Part shown: positions 20,696-30,105 of the stretch, in pieces
Layout of the letters: each line of letters opens with the position of its first letter
How positions within the stretch are numbered: position 1 is the stretch's first letter
UHGV virus genome: UHGV-1363143
DNA length: 64,000 nucleotides
Strand: one strand, 5' to 3'
Source: a virus
Program-made: the position numbers and the translations under genes
The notes under the pieces: generated by a model
What the model was told of the DNA's origin: nothing
The model's input: the letters and a program-made list of their open reading frames with translations, nothing else
Database searches by the model: none

Positions 20696-21579
20696 TGGCA
20701 AACTACGACAATGAAAATCAAAGACTTGAAGAAAAACAAGAAGAATGGTCCGATATTGAAGAATATGTAATGATTTATAAAAAACAATTTGAACCTGGAG
20801 CTACTAGCAAAGATATAAGAGAAGCTAAAGACGCTGCTCAAGAACTGGTGGCAAGATTCAATCCTTTATTTAAAAAATATATAATGCTATTCAAAACTGG
20901 CCAAATAGATTTTAAAGATTCAGATGTAAAAACATTCATCAGTACATTTATAGATGATCCAAGATTACATAGAGCTTTAAAAAGACAGAAAAGTAGAACT
21001 GAATACAGGTCAGACATCTATAAGAAATTCGGTTTCGTTCTTGAAACCTACGGACAACTCCCAGAAGAAGATATACTTATCGACATGCAGATGTTATTAT
21101 TAATACTTGCTAAAAGATATAAGCAAGTTGGTAAAAACTTCTGTGCCTACGTACACAACTGCTTCAGATATGAAGTAAGTAGACATATCAAGAAATACAT
21201 CAAGAATCCATTAAACATTTCATACAAAAACACATCATACGAAGACACAAGCAATGGACAAGGTGATACTAATATCACTATGATTCATGAAGATCTATAC
21301 TACGAGCCACACAACGGAATTCCAAATATGACTTGGATAAATGGCGAAACATGTTCTGAAATTTTCTCTTTATTAAATCCACTTGAAAGAAAGATTATCG
21401 TCAAATACTATGCAGAAGAATACAATGACAAGCAAATAGCTGATGCATTAGGATTACATATAAATACTGTTAATCAAAAGCGTAGACAAGCTATTGCAAA
21501 ATTAGCTAAAGACCTTAACATAAACTTAGATTCTGTTAAGCGTAATAGACATAGTGGAAGACAATCAAATAGCTTTTAA
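20695..21579 (+). CDS. sigma-70-family alternative sigma factor (TcdR/UviA-like or ECF-like)
   Basis: A region-2-like LETYGQLPEEDILIDMQMLLLILAKRY segment and a region 4.2 HTH, KQIADALGLHINTVNQKRRQAIAKLAK. Confidence 0.7.
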   Translation: MANYDNENQRLEEKQEEWSDIEEYVMIYKKQFEPGATSKDIREAKDAAQELVARFNPLFKKYIMLFKTGQIDFKDSDVKTFISTFIDDPRLHRALKRQKSRTEYRSDIYKKFGFVLETYGQLPEEDILIDMQMLLLILAKRYKQVGKNFCAYVHNCFRYEVSRHIKKYIKNPLNISYKNTSYEDTSNGQGDTNITMIHEDLYYEPHNGIPNMTWINGETCSEIFSLLNPLERKIIVKYYAEEYNDKQIADALGLHINTVNQKRRQAIAKLAKDLNINLDSVKRNRHSGRQSNSF

Positions 21580-21643
21580 CTTGTTTCATGCATAATATTA
21601 CGCCATTGTCATTTTGACAACATCGTTAGAAAGGATAGATATT

Positions 21644-21976
21644 ATGGAAAAATTCAATAAGATAAATATCTTAGGAACAGTATATGAGTTCAAAATTACA
21701 AAGAGGGAAAATGATCCTAATCTAGATAATAATGATGGATATTGTGATTCCTCTACTAAGACTATAGTTGTTGAGGATATGATTCCTGAAAAGTATTCTA
21801 AAGCGAACTTAGAAGAATATACAAAACAAGTAGTTAGACATGAAATGATTCATGCATTCTTATCAGAAAGCGGTCTTGCGGCTTGTAGCTGGGCAGATAA
21901 CGAGGAAATGGTAGATTACTTTGCTATACAACTACCTAAGATAGTTAAAGCAATGAAATTGATGGATGTATTATAG
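21644..21976 (+). CDS. HExxH zinc-metallopeptidase-like protein (SprT/ImmA-like)
   Basis: HEMIHAF motif. The start was moved to MEKFNK, which has a GGA-rich RBS. Confidence 0.45.
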   Translation: MEKFNKINILGTVYEFKITKRENDPNLDNNDGYCDSSTKTIVVEDMIPEKYSKANLEEYTKQVVRHEMIHAFLSESGLAACSWADNEEMVDYFAIQLPKIVKAMKLMDVL

Positions 21977-21992
21977 AAAGGATTGATGATAG

Positions 21993-22259
21993 ATGAAAGA
22001 GTTAACTATTAATAATTTGGAAAATTGTTTTATTGCAGCCAAAAAAAATGGAGCAAGATTTGTAGGAGTTAAGATATCTATGAAGGGATTCCCAGTTCCA
22101 GAAGTAATCATAAATGAATATCCTAACTTCGATAAAAAGCTAGAGTATTATAAAGGGGCATATAATACAGACCTAACATTAAAAGCTACAGATGCTATCA
22201 AAATAATAGGATTTACTTATGGAGACAGCTATAAAGAAATCCAAAAGGACTTAATCTAA
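21993..22259 (+). CDS. hypothetical protein
   Basis: ORF. Confidence 0.4.
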   Translation: MKELTINNLENCFIAAKKNGARFVGVKISMKGFPVPEVIINEYPNFDKKLEYYKGAYNTDLTLKATDAIKIIGFTYGDSYKEIQKDLI

Positions 22260-22339
22260 AATGAAAGAATTAATTAAAAGATTTATAGGCTTTTGGATGC
22301 TCCCTCCAAAAACAATGAAAGATCTTATATACGTATAAT

Positions 22340-22372
22340 AAAAACAGCTTATTAGGCTGTTTTATTTTTTTA
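22340..22372 (+). terminator. rho-independent terminator
   Basis: ACAGCttattagGCTGT followed by TTTATTTTTTT. Confidence 0.6.
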
Positions 22373-22406
22373 CATTCCTTTTAATCTTTTTTCAAAAACT
22401 CCCAGT

Positions 22407-22442
22407 AACTACTTGCAACTCCTAGCAGTTTGTAGTAAAATA
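22407..22442 (+). promoter_or_regulatory. second copy of the conserved early promoter/operator motif
   Basis: AACTACTTGCAACTCCTAGCAGTTTGTAGTAAAAT is 29 of 35 identical to 14065-14099. It has a TTGCAA -35, a 17-bp spacer and a TAAAAT -10. Confidence 0.55.
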
Positions 22443-22499
22443 TATTTACAGAAATGAATTACATAATATATTAATAGATTCAACAAAGGATGTGAGTGA

Positions 22500-24230
22500 A
22501 TGATTTGGAAGCAAAATAGAGAAATTACTTCTGAATATATAGAAGAACTTGCTAGAGAATTTGAAACAAATGAATTACTAGTAAGAATACTACTTAACAG
22601 AAAAAACGATAAAGAGTTTGCAAGAATAGCTCTTAGGGATTTATACGAAGCTATCATTCCTGCTGAAAGACTAGTAAATGGTCAAGCAGTAGCAGATGTA
22701 ATAGCAAGACATATTAGAAATGGTAGTAAAATTTACATTCACGCTGACTATGATGCAGACGGCTTAAATAGCGGATTCATTATGTATGAAACAATTAAAG
22801 AAGTTATTGAAGTCGCTCAAAGTAATGCTTACGTAGAAGTTTACTTCCCTGAAAGAATTAATGGATATGGATTATCGTTTGATTTTGCTAACAATCTAAT
22901 ACAAACAAAAGGTGATGAAGATATATTAGTAATTACTGTAGACAATGGAATTGCTCAAGTAGAGCAAGTGGAATTACTTATGAATAATGGTATTGAAGTA
23001 GTTGTCACTGACCATCACATGAGTAAAGAAGATGGTATTCCTAATTGCTTAATCTGTGATCCACATAATGAATATATAGAACAAGACGATACATTTAAAC
23101 ATTTATGTGGTGCTGGTGTAGCATTTAAAGTTTGTGAATTACTTCAAAAGAACTTTGGATATCACGATATGTATAGATTTGTTACTAATGTAGCAATAGC
23201 TACTATAACAGATGTTATGCCATTAAATGCAGAGAATATGGCCTTTGTAAGATATGGATTAGATATTATTAATTCAGAATACTGTCCTGTAGGAATTAAA
23301 GCTATGAAAGAGTTCTTAGGAATAACAGTTATGAACTCAGCAAACATAGCTTGGGAAATAGGTCCAAGACTTAATGCCTGTGGCCGTATGAATAATACTA
23401 AGATAGGTGGAGCCTTATTAATGGAAACTGACTATCATATGGCAGTAGACCTTGTAAATGAAATTGAATTAATAAATGAATCTAGAAAAGAGAAAACCAA
23501 AGAAGCTGAAGAACAATTATCATCAATGAACTTTGACAATGACTATGTATGCATTATTAAACTTGAAGAGTTGCCAGAAGGTATAGTCGGAATAATTGCT
23601 GGAAGAGCTGCTGAAAGATTTGGTAAACCATCAATAGTTGTAACTGAATCAGAAGATGGAATATGTAAAGGATCTGCTAGAAGCATTTCAGGATTAGATT
23701 TACATTATCTATTCAACATAGAAGTTTCTAAAGGTAATATAGAAAACTTCGGTGGACATAGTGAAGCAGCTGGTATCTCATTTAGAGAAGATAAGCTAGA
23801 AGAATTAAAAGCTAGTTTAAACGAATCAATACAGAATCTAGCGTTATCACAACAACATGACTTAAGTGTTGTAGAAGAAGAACCAGTATTAATGATTGAT
23901 GAATGTATTGAAATAAAACATTTAAATCAGAATACTTTCAACTTAATAAATGAACTACCTTATGATAAAGATACATTTGCTAAGCCAGTTTTTGCATTAG
24001 TTGACTGTGAGGTTAAAGACTTTGTACCAACTAAGACTAAACCCGAAAACTTATGGCTAACAGTTAAGCAAGGTAAACAGACTGTTAAGTTATGGTGCCA
24101 AGGAATGACAGAAGTTTATAAATCAAAAGGTTGTCCTAAAGTAATACATTTAGCTGGCTACATTGAAAAGAACTTTATGTCAGGCAGACCATATATTCTA
24201 AAAGTAATAGATATAGCTGATGCTTCATAG
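22500..24230 (+). CDS. recJ: RecJ-like ssDNA exonuclease (DHH/DHHA1)
   Basis: IHADYDADGLNSG, VVVTDHH and GGHSEAAG motifs. Confidence 0.8.
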   Translation: MIWKQNREITSEYIEELAREFETNELLVRILLNRKNDKEFARIALRDLYEAIIPAERLVNGQAVADVIARHIRNGSKIYIHADYDADGLNSGFIMYETIKEVIEVAQSNAYVEVYFPERINGYGLSFDFANNLIQTKGDEDILVITVDNGIAQVEQVELLMNNGIEVVVTDHHMSKEDGIPNCLICDPHNEYIEQDDTFKHLCGAGVAFKVCELLQKNFGYHDMYRFVTNVAIATITDVMPLNAENMAFVRYGLDIINSEYCPVGIKAMKEFLGITVMNSANIAWEIGPRLNACGRMNNTKIGGALLMETDYHMAVDLVNEIELINESRKEKTKEAEEQLSSMNFDNDYVCIIKLEELPEGIVGIIAGRAAERFGKPSIVVTESEDGICKGSARSISGLDLHYLFNIEVSKGNIENFGGHSEAAGISFREDKLEELKASLNESIQNLALSQQHDLSVVEEEPVLMIDECIEIKHLNQNTFNLINELPYDKDTFAKPVFALVDCEVKDFVPTKTKPENLWLTVKQGKQTVKLWCQGMTEVYKSKGCPKVIHLAGYIEKNFMSGRPYILKVIDIADAS

Positions 24231-24260
24231 TGTCAGCTACCTACAAAAGGAGAAGTATAA

Positions 24261-24626
24261 ATGAATATATTTGATAGAAAAGAGAACCTTAAACTCAAGA
24301 GAATTATTCATTTATCTACAAGTAAATCTTTAAGTGTAAATCCATTTACAATAGAACTAGAACTAACATTTTCATTTAGTACTGTAGCAAATACTCCTGA
24401 AGAATATTTTTATAGTATCAATAAAGAAGATGTAGCTTACTACTTTCCTATGATAAGGAACTATAGCTTATCAAACTTTGATGCAATATCTAGAGAAATA
24501 TCCTATGGAACAGATACAGACTCATTATTTACAATAACCTATGCGGCAAGCAACCCTCTAGCCCATAGACAAGTTAGAAAAATTAGGGATGAGATAGGGA
24601 GGATATCTTATGAATATATTCGATAG
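24261..24626 (+). CDS. hypothetical protein (paralogous N-terminus, MNIFDRKE...)
   Basis: ORF with RBS AAAGGAGAAG. Confidence 0.45.
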   Translation: MNIFDRKENLKLKRIIHLSTSKSLSVNPFTIELELTFSFSTVANTPEEYFYSINKEDVAYYFPMIRNYSLSNFDAISREISYGTDTDSLFTITYAASNPLAHRQVRKIRDEIGRISYEYIR

Positions 24627-25113
24627 AAAAGAGCTTAAGTTAAAGCAGAATATAGCAAACTTTGCTACCGATATAAGAAAGGCTCCTACATATAACCCAA
24701 TTAATTTTGCTATTGAAATGGATATAAATGTTGAGATATTAAAAGGATTAGATTACTGGTCAATTCCTGTAGAACCGATACTAGAATACATTGGGCCAGG
24801 CAAGATAAAAAGTGTTAAATTAGAATTGGAGTCTATGACTATACTAAGTGTAGCACTAGGAGAAACTAAAACAAGACAAGCAAGATTAAGATACGTAGGT
24901 GAGTACGAAGAAAAACCACGAAGAGAAGCAATATATATAGGCACATCTCAAACTACCAACTGGGAAGAATTCTTAAGACCTCAAGTTCTTACATCAGCTC
25001 CTATATATACTGATGAAAGTGTAAGGGGTGCAAGAGGCACAAGAGGCACAAGAGGTCTAGAATGGAGATTTGAAGATCATACTTATGGATTAGGATTGAA
25101 TGACGAAGAATAA
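24610..25113 (+). CDS. hypothetical protein (paralogous N-terminus; C-terminal GARGTRGTRG triplet repeat)
   Basis: ORF with RBS GGGAGG. Contains a 9-nt x3 tandem caagaggca repeat. Confidence 0.45.
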   Translation: MNIFDRKELKLKQNIANFATDIRKAPTYNPINFAIEMDINVEILKGLDYWSIPVEPILEYIGPGKIKSVKLELESMTILSVALGETKTRQARLRYVGEYEEKPRREAIYIGTSQTTNWEEFLRPQVLTSAPIYTDESVRGARGTRGTRGLEWRFEDHTYGLGLNDEE

Positions 25114-25128
25114 CTGGAGGATAATTTT

Positions 25129-28100
25129 ATGAAAAACTTTACTCATATACACGTACATGATTATTTTAGCTTCTTAGATGGATACGGCTCACCTGCAAGT
25201 AAAGCAAAGAGAGCTAAAGAACTAGGAATGACAGCAATAGCTACAACTAACCATAATCACTTAGGAGGTTGTGTAGAATTCCAAAAAGCTTGCTTTGATG
25301 AAGGAATTAAGCCAATACTTGGAGTAGAACTTTATTACACAGAAGATACTTCTATATTAAGTAAAGATTCAAAAGTAAGGTATCAATTAGCTTTAGATGC
25401 AGCCACTGAGGCTGGAATAGTAATACCACCAAAGGCTAAGAAGAAAGATATAGCAGAATTAATAGCTCCATATGAATATAATACAAAGCAACACCACATT
25501 ATATTCTTAGCAAAGAATCAAACTGGCTGGAAAAACTTAATTAAGCTACAATCAGAAGCTGCTAAGGTATGCACTTATAATGGAAGATTCCTATGTGATG
25601 ATGATATGATACTTAAATATAGAGAAGGTCTAATAATGACTACTGCTTGCTTAGGTAACATAGTAAATCAATATTTTATTAAAGGCAAAGTAAAAGAAGC
25701 ATATAATCAACTAGATAAATGGCATACTATATTCGGTGAAGATTTTTACATTGAAATACAACCTTTAAATCAAGGCGATCAAGCATTATGCAACTATTAT
25801 TTAATTGAATATGCAAAAACTCATAATATTAAGATTATAGCAACTAATGATTCGCACTATACTTATGAAACCGATATAGATGACCATGATACATTATTAT
25901 GTATAGGGTTAGGTAAATTAAAAGAAGACAAGGATAGGATGAAATACGCTCCTGAATTTTGGTTAAGAAGTTATGAAGAAATGCAAACTGCATTTACAGC
26001 ACAATATTTAAACAGTCCTCTTTTAAGAGAAAAGATGTCTTTGGAAGAATACTTAGCTGTTACAGAACTTGCACTAGATAATACTAACTTAATAGCTGAT
26101 AAAGTAGAAGCAAATATAAAGCTTGGTTCGGACAAGCCAATACTTCCAAAACTTGATATACCAAACGGATTTACATCAGAACAATACTTAACTCTATTAT
26201 CATACAAAGGTTTATTTAAATACTTATCAAAACATAAAGAATTAAACATACAAGAATACTTAAATAGATTAGCCTTTGAATTAAATGTAATCAACACTAA
26301 AGGATATGCTGACTACATGCTTATAGTTAAAGACATAGTTGACTGGTGCCAGGAAAATGATATTCCAGTAGGTCCAGGTAGAGGAAGTGCAAGTGGTTCA
26401 TTATGCCTATTCGTTAATGGAATTACTAAGTGTATAGATCCTATAAAATATGGATTACTATTTTCAAGATTCTTAACTATGGATAGAACAGCTTTACCTG
26501 ATATTGACACTGACTTCTCATATTTAAACAGACAAGAAGTTATTCAATATTTAAGAGATAAATATGGAGAAGACTGTGTATCGTTCATAGGAACTTATAC
26601 TGAATTAGGTGTAAAGAATGGACTTAAAGATGTTGGTAGAGTTCTTAATATAGATTTTACTACAATGAATGCATTATCTAAAAAGATAGATGAATGGACA
26701 GGAGAAGCTCCTTCAATTAAATTCAAAGATTTAGATAAGCTTGCTAATGGTAATGCTATGGATAAAGAAATCTATGAAGAATTTAAAGAAACTGAAAACC
26801 AATACTCAGAATTATTTAGATTAGCTAGAGCATTTGAAGGCACACCAAGAAACCAAGGTGTTCATGCTTCAGGAATATTGGTTACTCCAATGCCAATAAA
26901 TGATATGTTTCCTACAAGAGTTGATAAAGAAGGAAACTTAGTTACATTATACACTGGACCACAAGCTGAAATGGTTGGTGGAGTTAAGTTGGATATACTA
27001 GGACTTAAAACTCTTGATGTATTAGATTTAACAATTAAAGCAGTTAGCCCTGAAGCAACAGTATATCAATTATACGATATTGTAGATGGTCATTTAGATG
27101 ATGAGGAAATGTTCTCAGCATTATGCAGAAAAGAAACTGAAGGTATCTTCCAATTAGAATCAGCTTTATTTAAAGGAATGATTTCAGACATGCTACCAGA
27201 TAAGTTGGATGATATAACTCTTATTACTTCATTCGGTAGACCTGGACCATTGAGTGCTGGACTTCATACTGAATTTGCGAATAGAAAGAAAGGCGAAAGT
27301 GAAGCAAGAGAACCACTTCCTAATACATGGGATATAGTAGAGGATAGCTTAGGTGTATTAGCTTACCAAGAACATACAATGAGAATAGCTCAAAGAGTAG
27401 CTGGATTTGATGATAACCAAGCGGACTCATTCCTTAGAAAGGCTCAAGCAAAGAAAAAGAGAGCATTACTAGACCTATGTAATCAATGGTTTGTATATGG
27501 AAAGATTAATGAAGAGCCACCAACTGGATATGATTATGAAAACAAGAACCAACCTTATTATGATCCAACAGCTAAATATGGCTCAGAAATTAAGGGTGGA
27601 ATAGCAAATGGATATAACGAACAAGATCTTATAGATTATAACCATATGATAGATGGATTCTGCTCATACCTATTTAATAAGAGTCATGCATGTGCATATT
27701 CATTTATAAGTGTTTGTACAATGTACTTAAAGACTTATTATAGACCTCAATTCATGGCTGCATTATTAAGCTTACAATCTAAGCCAGAAAAGATAGACTT
27801 ATATTGCAAGGTTGCACAAGGATATGGAATAGAAATGGCAGCACCAAATATAAACCTATCTAATGAACACTTTACTGCAATAGATAATAAAATCCTATAT
27901 GGATTAGGCTCAATAAAGGGAGTAGGGGCTACAGCAATTCCAACACTAATAGCATGCAGACCTTATACAGATGTTGCGGATGCATATGAGAAAGCTGGTA
28001 AAAAAGCATTCAATAAAAAGATTGGTGAATCTTTAATAAAAGCTGGAGCATTTGAGTTCCAAGATGAAAACAGAAACAAAGTTCTTAATATCTTCCAAGA

Positions 28101-28560
28101 TGTTAGAAAAGCCAAAAAGGAAGAAAGATTCGATGAAGAAGCTTATAATGAAGCACTTTGTATTGAATATGAGAAGAATACTCTTGGTAGTGCAATAACT
28201 TACAGACCATATTGGGATACAGTACAAGCTGGAGAAGTAGTTAATGTAACTATGACTCTTAAATCAGTAAGAGAGAAGATAGATAAGAACGGTAATATGA
28301 TGGCGTTCATAAATGTTGACATAGAAAACACAGACTTAAAAGGAGTTGTGTTTGCAAGCACTTACTGTAAGAATGTAGATGTTTTTGATATGAACTTAAA
28401 TACAGAGGTCTATGCTACAATTAAGAAAGATGATAAAGGCGGCTTTATAGTAAATAGAATATTAAAGACTCCACCTAAAACAAAAATAAATACTCCAAAA
28501 GAAGTTACTGATAATATGATTGGGACATTCGATAAGTTATTATCAAGAGTAGCAAGCTAG
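25129..28560 (+). CDS. dnaE: DNA polymerase III alpha subunit, DnaE-type (copy 1)
   Basis: PHP N-terminus HIHVHDYFSFLDGYG, GPGRGSASGSL...DPIKYGLLFSRFL, and catalytic PDIDTDF. Confidence 0.85.
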   Translation: MKNFTHIHVHDYFSFLDGYGSPASKAKRAKELGMTAIATTNHNHLGGCVEFQKACFDEGIKPILGVELYYTEDTSILSKDSKVRYQLALDAATEAGIVIPPKAKKKDIAELIAPYEYNTKQHHIIFLAKNQTGWKNLIKLQSEAAKVCTYNGRFLCDDDMILKYREGLIMTTACLGNIVNQYFIKGKVKEAYNQLDKWHTIFGEDFYIEIQPLNQGDQALCNYYLIEYAKTHNIKIIATNDSHYTYETDIDDHDTLLCIGLGKLKEDKDRMKYAPEFWLRSYEEMQTAFTAQYLNSPLLREKMSLEEYLAVTELALDNTNLIADKVEANIKLGSDKPILPKLDIPNGFTSEQYLTLLSYKGLFKYLSKHKELNIQEYLNRLAFELNVINTKGYADYMLIVKDIVDWCQENDIPVGPGRGSASGSLCLFVNGITKCIDPIKYGLLFSRFLTMDRTALPDIDTDFSYLNRQEVIQYLRDKYGEDCVSFIGTYTELGVKNGLKDVGRVLNIDFTTMNALSKKIDEWTGEAPSIKFKDLDKLANGNAMDKEIYEEFKETENQYSELFRLARAFEGTPRNQGVHASGILVTPMPINDMFPTRVDKEGNLVTLYTGPQAEMVGGVKLDILGLKTLDVLDLTIKAVSPEATVYQLYDIVDGHLDDEEMFSALCRKETEGIFQLESALFKGMISDMLPDKLDDITLITSFGRPGPLSAGLHTEFANRKKGESEAREPLPNTWDIVEDSLGVLAYQEHTMRIAQRVAGFDDNQADSFLRKAQAKKKRALLDLCNQWFVYGKINEEPPTGYDYENKNQPYYDPTAKYGSEIKGGIANGYNEQDLIDYNHMIDGFCSYLFNKSHACAYSFISVCTMYLKTYYRPQFMAALLSLQSKPEKIDLYCKVAQGYGIEMAAPNINLSNEHFTAIDNKILYGLGSIKGVGATAIPTLIACRPYTDVADAYEKAGKKAFNKKIGESLIKAGAFEFQDENRNKVLNIFQDVRKAKKEERFDEEAYNEALCIEYEKNTLGSAITYRPYWDTVQAGEVVNVTMTLKSVREKIDKNGNMMAFINVDIENTDLKGVVFASTYCKNVDVFDMNLNTEVYATIKKDDKGGFIVNRILKTPPKTKINTPKEVTDNMIGTFDKLLSRVAS

Positions 28561-28566
28561 ACATTA

Positions 28567-28596
28567 AGACTAGGTTTTTCTTCCTAGTCTTTTGTT
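28567..28596 (+). terminator. rho-independent terminator
   Basis: AGACTAGGtttttcttCCTAGTCT followed by TTTGTT. Confidence 0.6.
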
Positions 28597-28654
28597 ATAT
28601 CAATATCACTCACACGTAATATTTATTATGAAATACGATTAAGGAGTGATAATT

Positions 28655-30022
28655 ATGGCTTTAATAAAAGGAAAGCAAATAGAATCCATAATCGCTTCTC
28701 AAGTTATAGAAACAGATGATAAAAAATTTGTATCTCAAGCTGAGAAAGATGAATGGAACAATAATAGTGGTAATGGATTGACAGATGAAATACTTGCCAA
28801 AATTAACAAAGCTGACGAACTAAAACATAGTCATGATAATAAAGAAATTATTGATAAATTCTCTTTAGTAGATGGTGTTCTTTTATTTGATGGAAAAGAA
28901 ATCGAAGGATCTGCTGGAGAACCAGGACAAGATGGTAAATCAGCTTATGACATCTGGCTTGAAGAAGGTAACACTGGAACTGTAGAAAAATTTCTACAAT
29001 CTCTTATAGGACCACAAGGTAATACAGGGAATGACGGTAATAGTATAGAGCTTAGAAAAACTGCCACTAGTATCGAATGGAGACAAGTTCCACATAAAAT
29101 TATAACTGCAGATTTTAATGCAAGTAAAACTATGATGACAGCAAAATCAAGTGATATCCTAGAAAAAGTAGTTATAAATTCTTTTCCAAGAAAAGCTAAA
29201 TATGCTCAAATAAAAACAATAACTGTTTACGGAGCAGATAAGGATGGAAAAGATCTAATAAACTCAAATCCTTCTATATCTACAGCTCCTCCTGGAGTGA
29301 CGTTCCCTGAGTTTGGTGGATTTGATCCTGTTACATCAGAAAAAATAGATTTAACTATCAATCCTGAAATAATAGGTAATGCAAGTATAAAAACTATAAT
29401 GGAAACTTATTTGCCAGACTTGCAAAAGTATAATCCAGAAGTAACTCATGTAAATAAGTTTTGTTTATGGGTTCATTTTTTAGATGAAAACAATGAAGAT
29501 ATTAAATTTGTTACAGCTTACTGTCATATAACAGATAGTAGAACTGGCACAAAAACAATAGATGTAGATAGTGAATGGAAAGAATTAATACCATTAGCAG
29601 CTATCACTGGTAAAGATGGAGAACAAGGTCCTCAAGGGCCACAAGGAGAGATTCCTAATATAGATCACTTAGCAACTAAAGAATATGTAACTGAAGCTAT
29701 TAATAAAATAAATGGAAACAATCATAGCCATACAAACAAAGAAGATGTTTTAGATAAATTATCTGTTGTTGATGGAAAACTTAATTTTGATAATATTCCA
29801 ATCCAATCAGAGATAGCTTCAATAAATACATCAGATATTCAAGAATACGCAGCTTCATTAATAAACGGTGAAGAACAGCTATTAATAACTAGGGAAGATG
29901 GTTCTATATATTTTACTAACGGAAAAGGTTCATATATACAATGCGGTGTTTCAAAAGAAAAGTACGACAAACTCGAACAAAGATTAATAGAATTAGAGAA
30001 TATTATTAAGGCAGCCAACTAA
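28655..30022 (+). CDS. collagen-like-repeat tail-fibre-like protein
   Basis: G-x-x runs (GSAGEPGQDGKS, GPQGNTGNDGNS, GKDGEQGPQGPQGE) and an MALIKGKQI fibre-like N-terminus. RBS AAGGAG. Confidence 0.55.
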   Translation: MALIKGKQIESIIASQVIETDDKKFVSQAEKDEWNNNSGNGLTDEILAKINKADELKHSHDNKEIIDKFSLVDGVLLFDGKEIEGSAGEPGQDGKSAYDIWLEEGNTGTVEKFLQSLIGPQGNTGNDGNSIELRKTATSIEWRQVPHKIITADFNASKTMMTAKSSDILEKVVINSFPRKAKYAQIKTITVYGADKDGKDLINSNPSISTAPPGVTFPEFGGFDPVTSEKIDLTINPEIIGNASIKTIMETYLPDLQKYNPEVTHVNKFCLWVHFLDENNEDIKFVTAYCHITDSRTGTKTIDVDSEWKELIPLAAITGKDGEQGPQGPQGEIPNIDHLATKEYVTEAINKINGNNHSHTNKEDVLDKLSVVDGKLNFDNIPIQSEIASINTSDIQEYAASLINGEEQLLITREDGSIYFTNGKGSYIQCGVSKEKYDKLEQRLIELENIIKAAN

Positions 30023-30035
30023 AGGCTGCTTTTTC
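30008..30035 (+). terminator. rho-independent terminator overlapping the stop codon
   Basis: GCAGCCaactaaaGGCTGC followed by TTTTTC. Confidence 0.55.
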
Positions 30036-30105
30036 ATTAGTTTGTTTTTGAACTTTTGCATAATATAGTTATATATGAAAAAAAATAAAAAACGGAGGAT
30101 ATAAT

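Noticed and set aside
25027-25058. Short tandem repeats (caagaggca x3, and the 17.15 kb cctgcacctaaagag repeats) as a possible CRISPR or minisatellite
   Set aside because: They are in-frame coding repeats (GTRGTRG; NPAPKEE/NPVPKEQ). There is no repeat-spacer architecture anywhere in the window.
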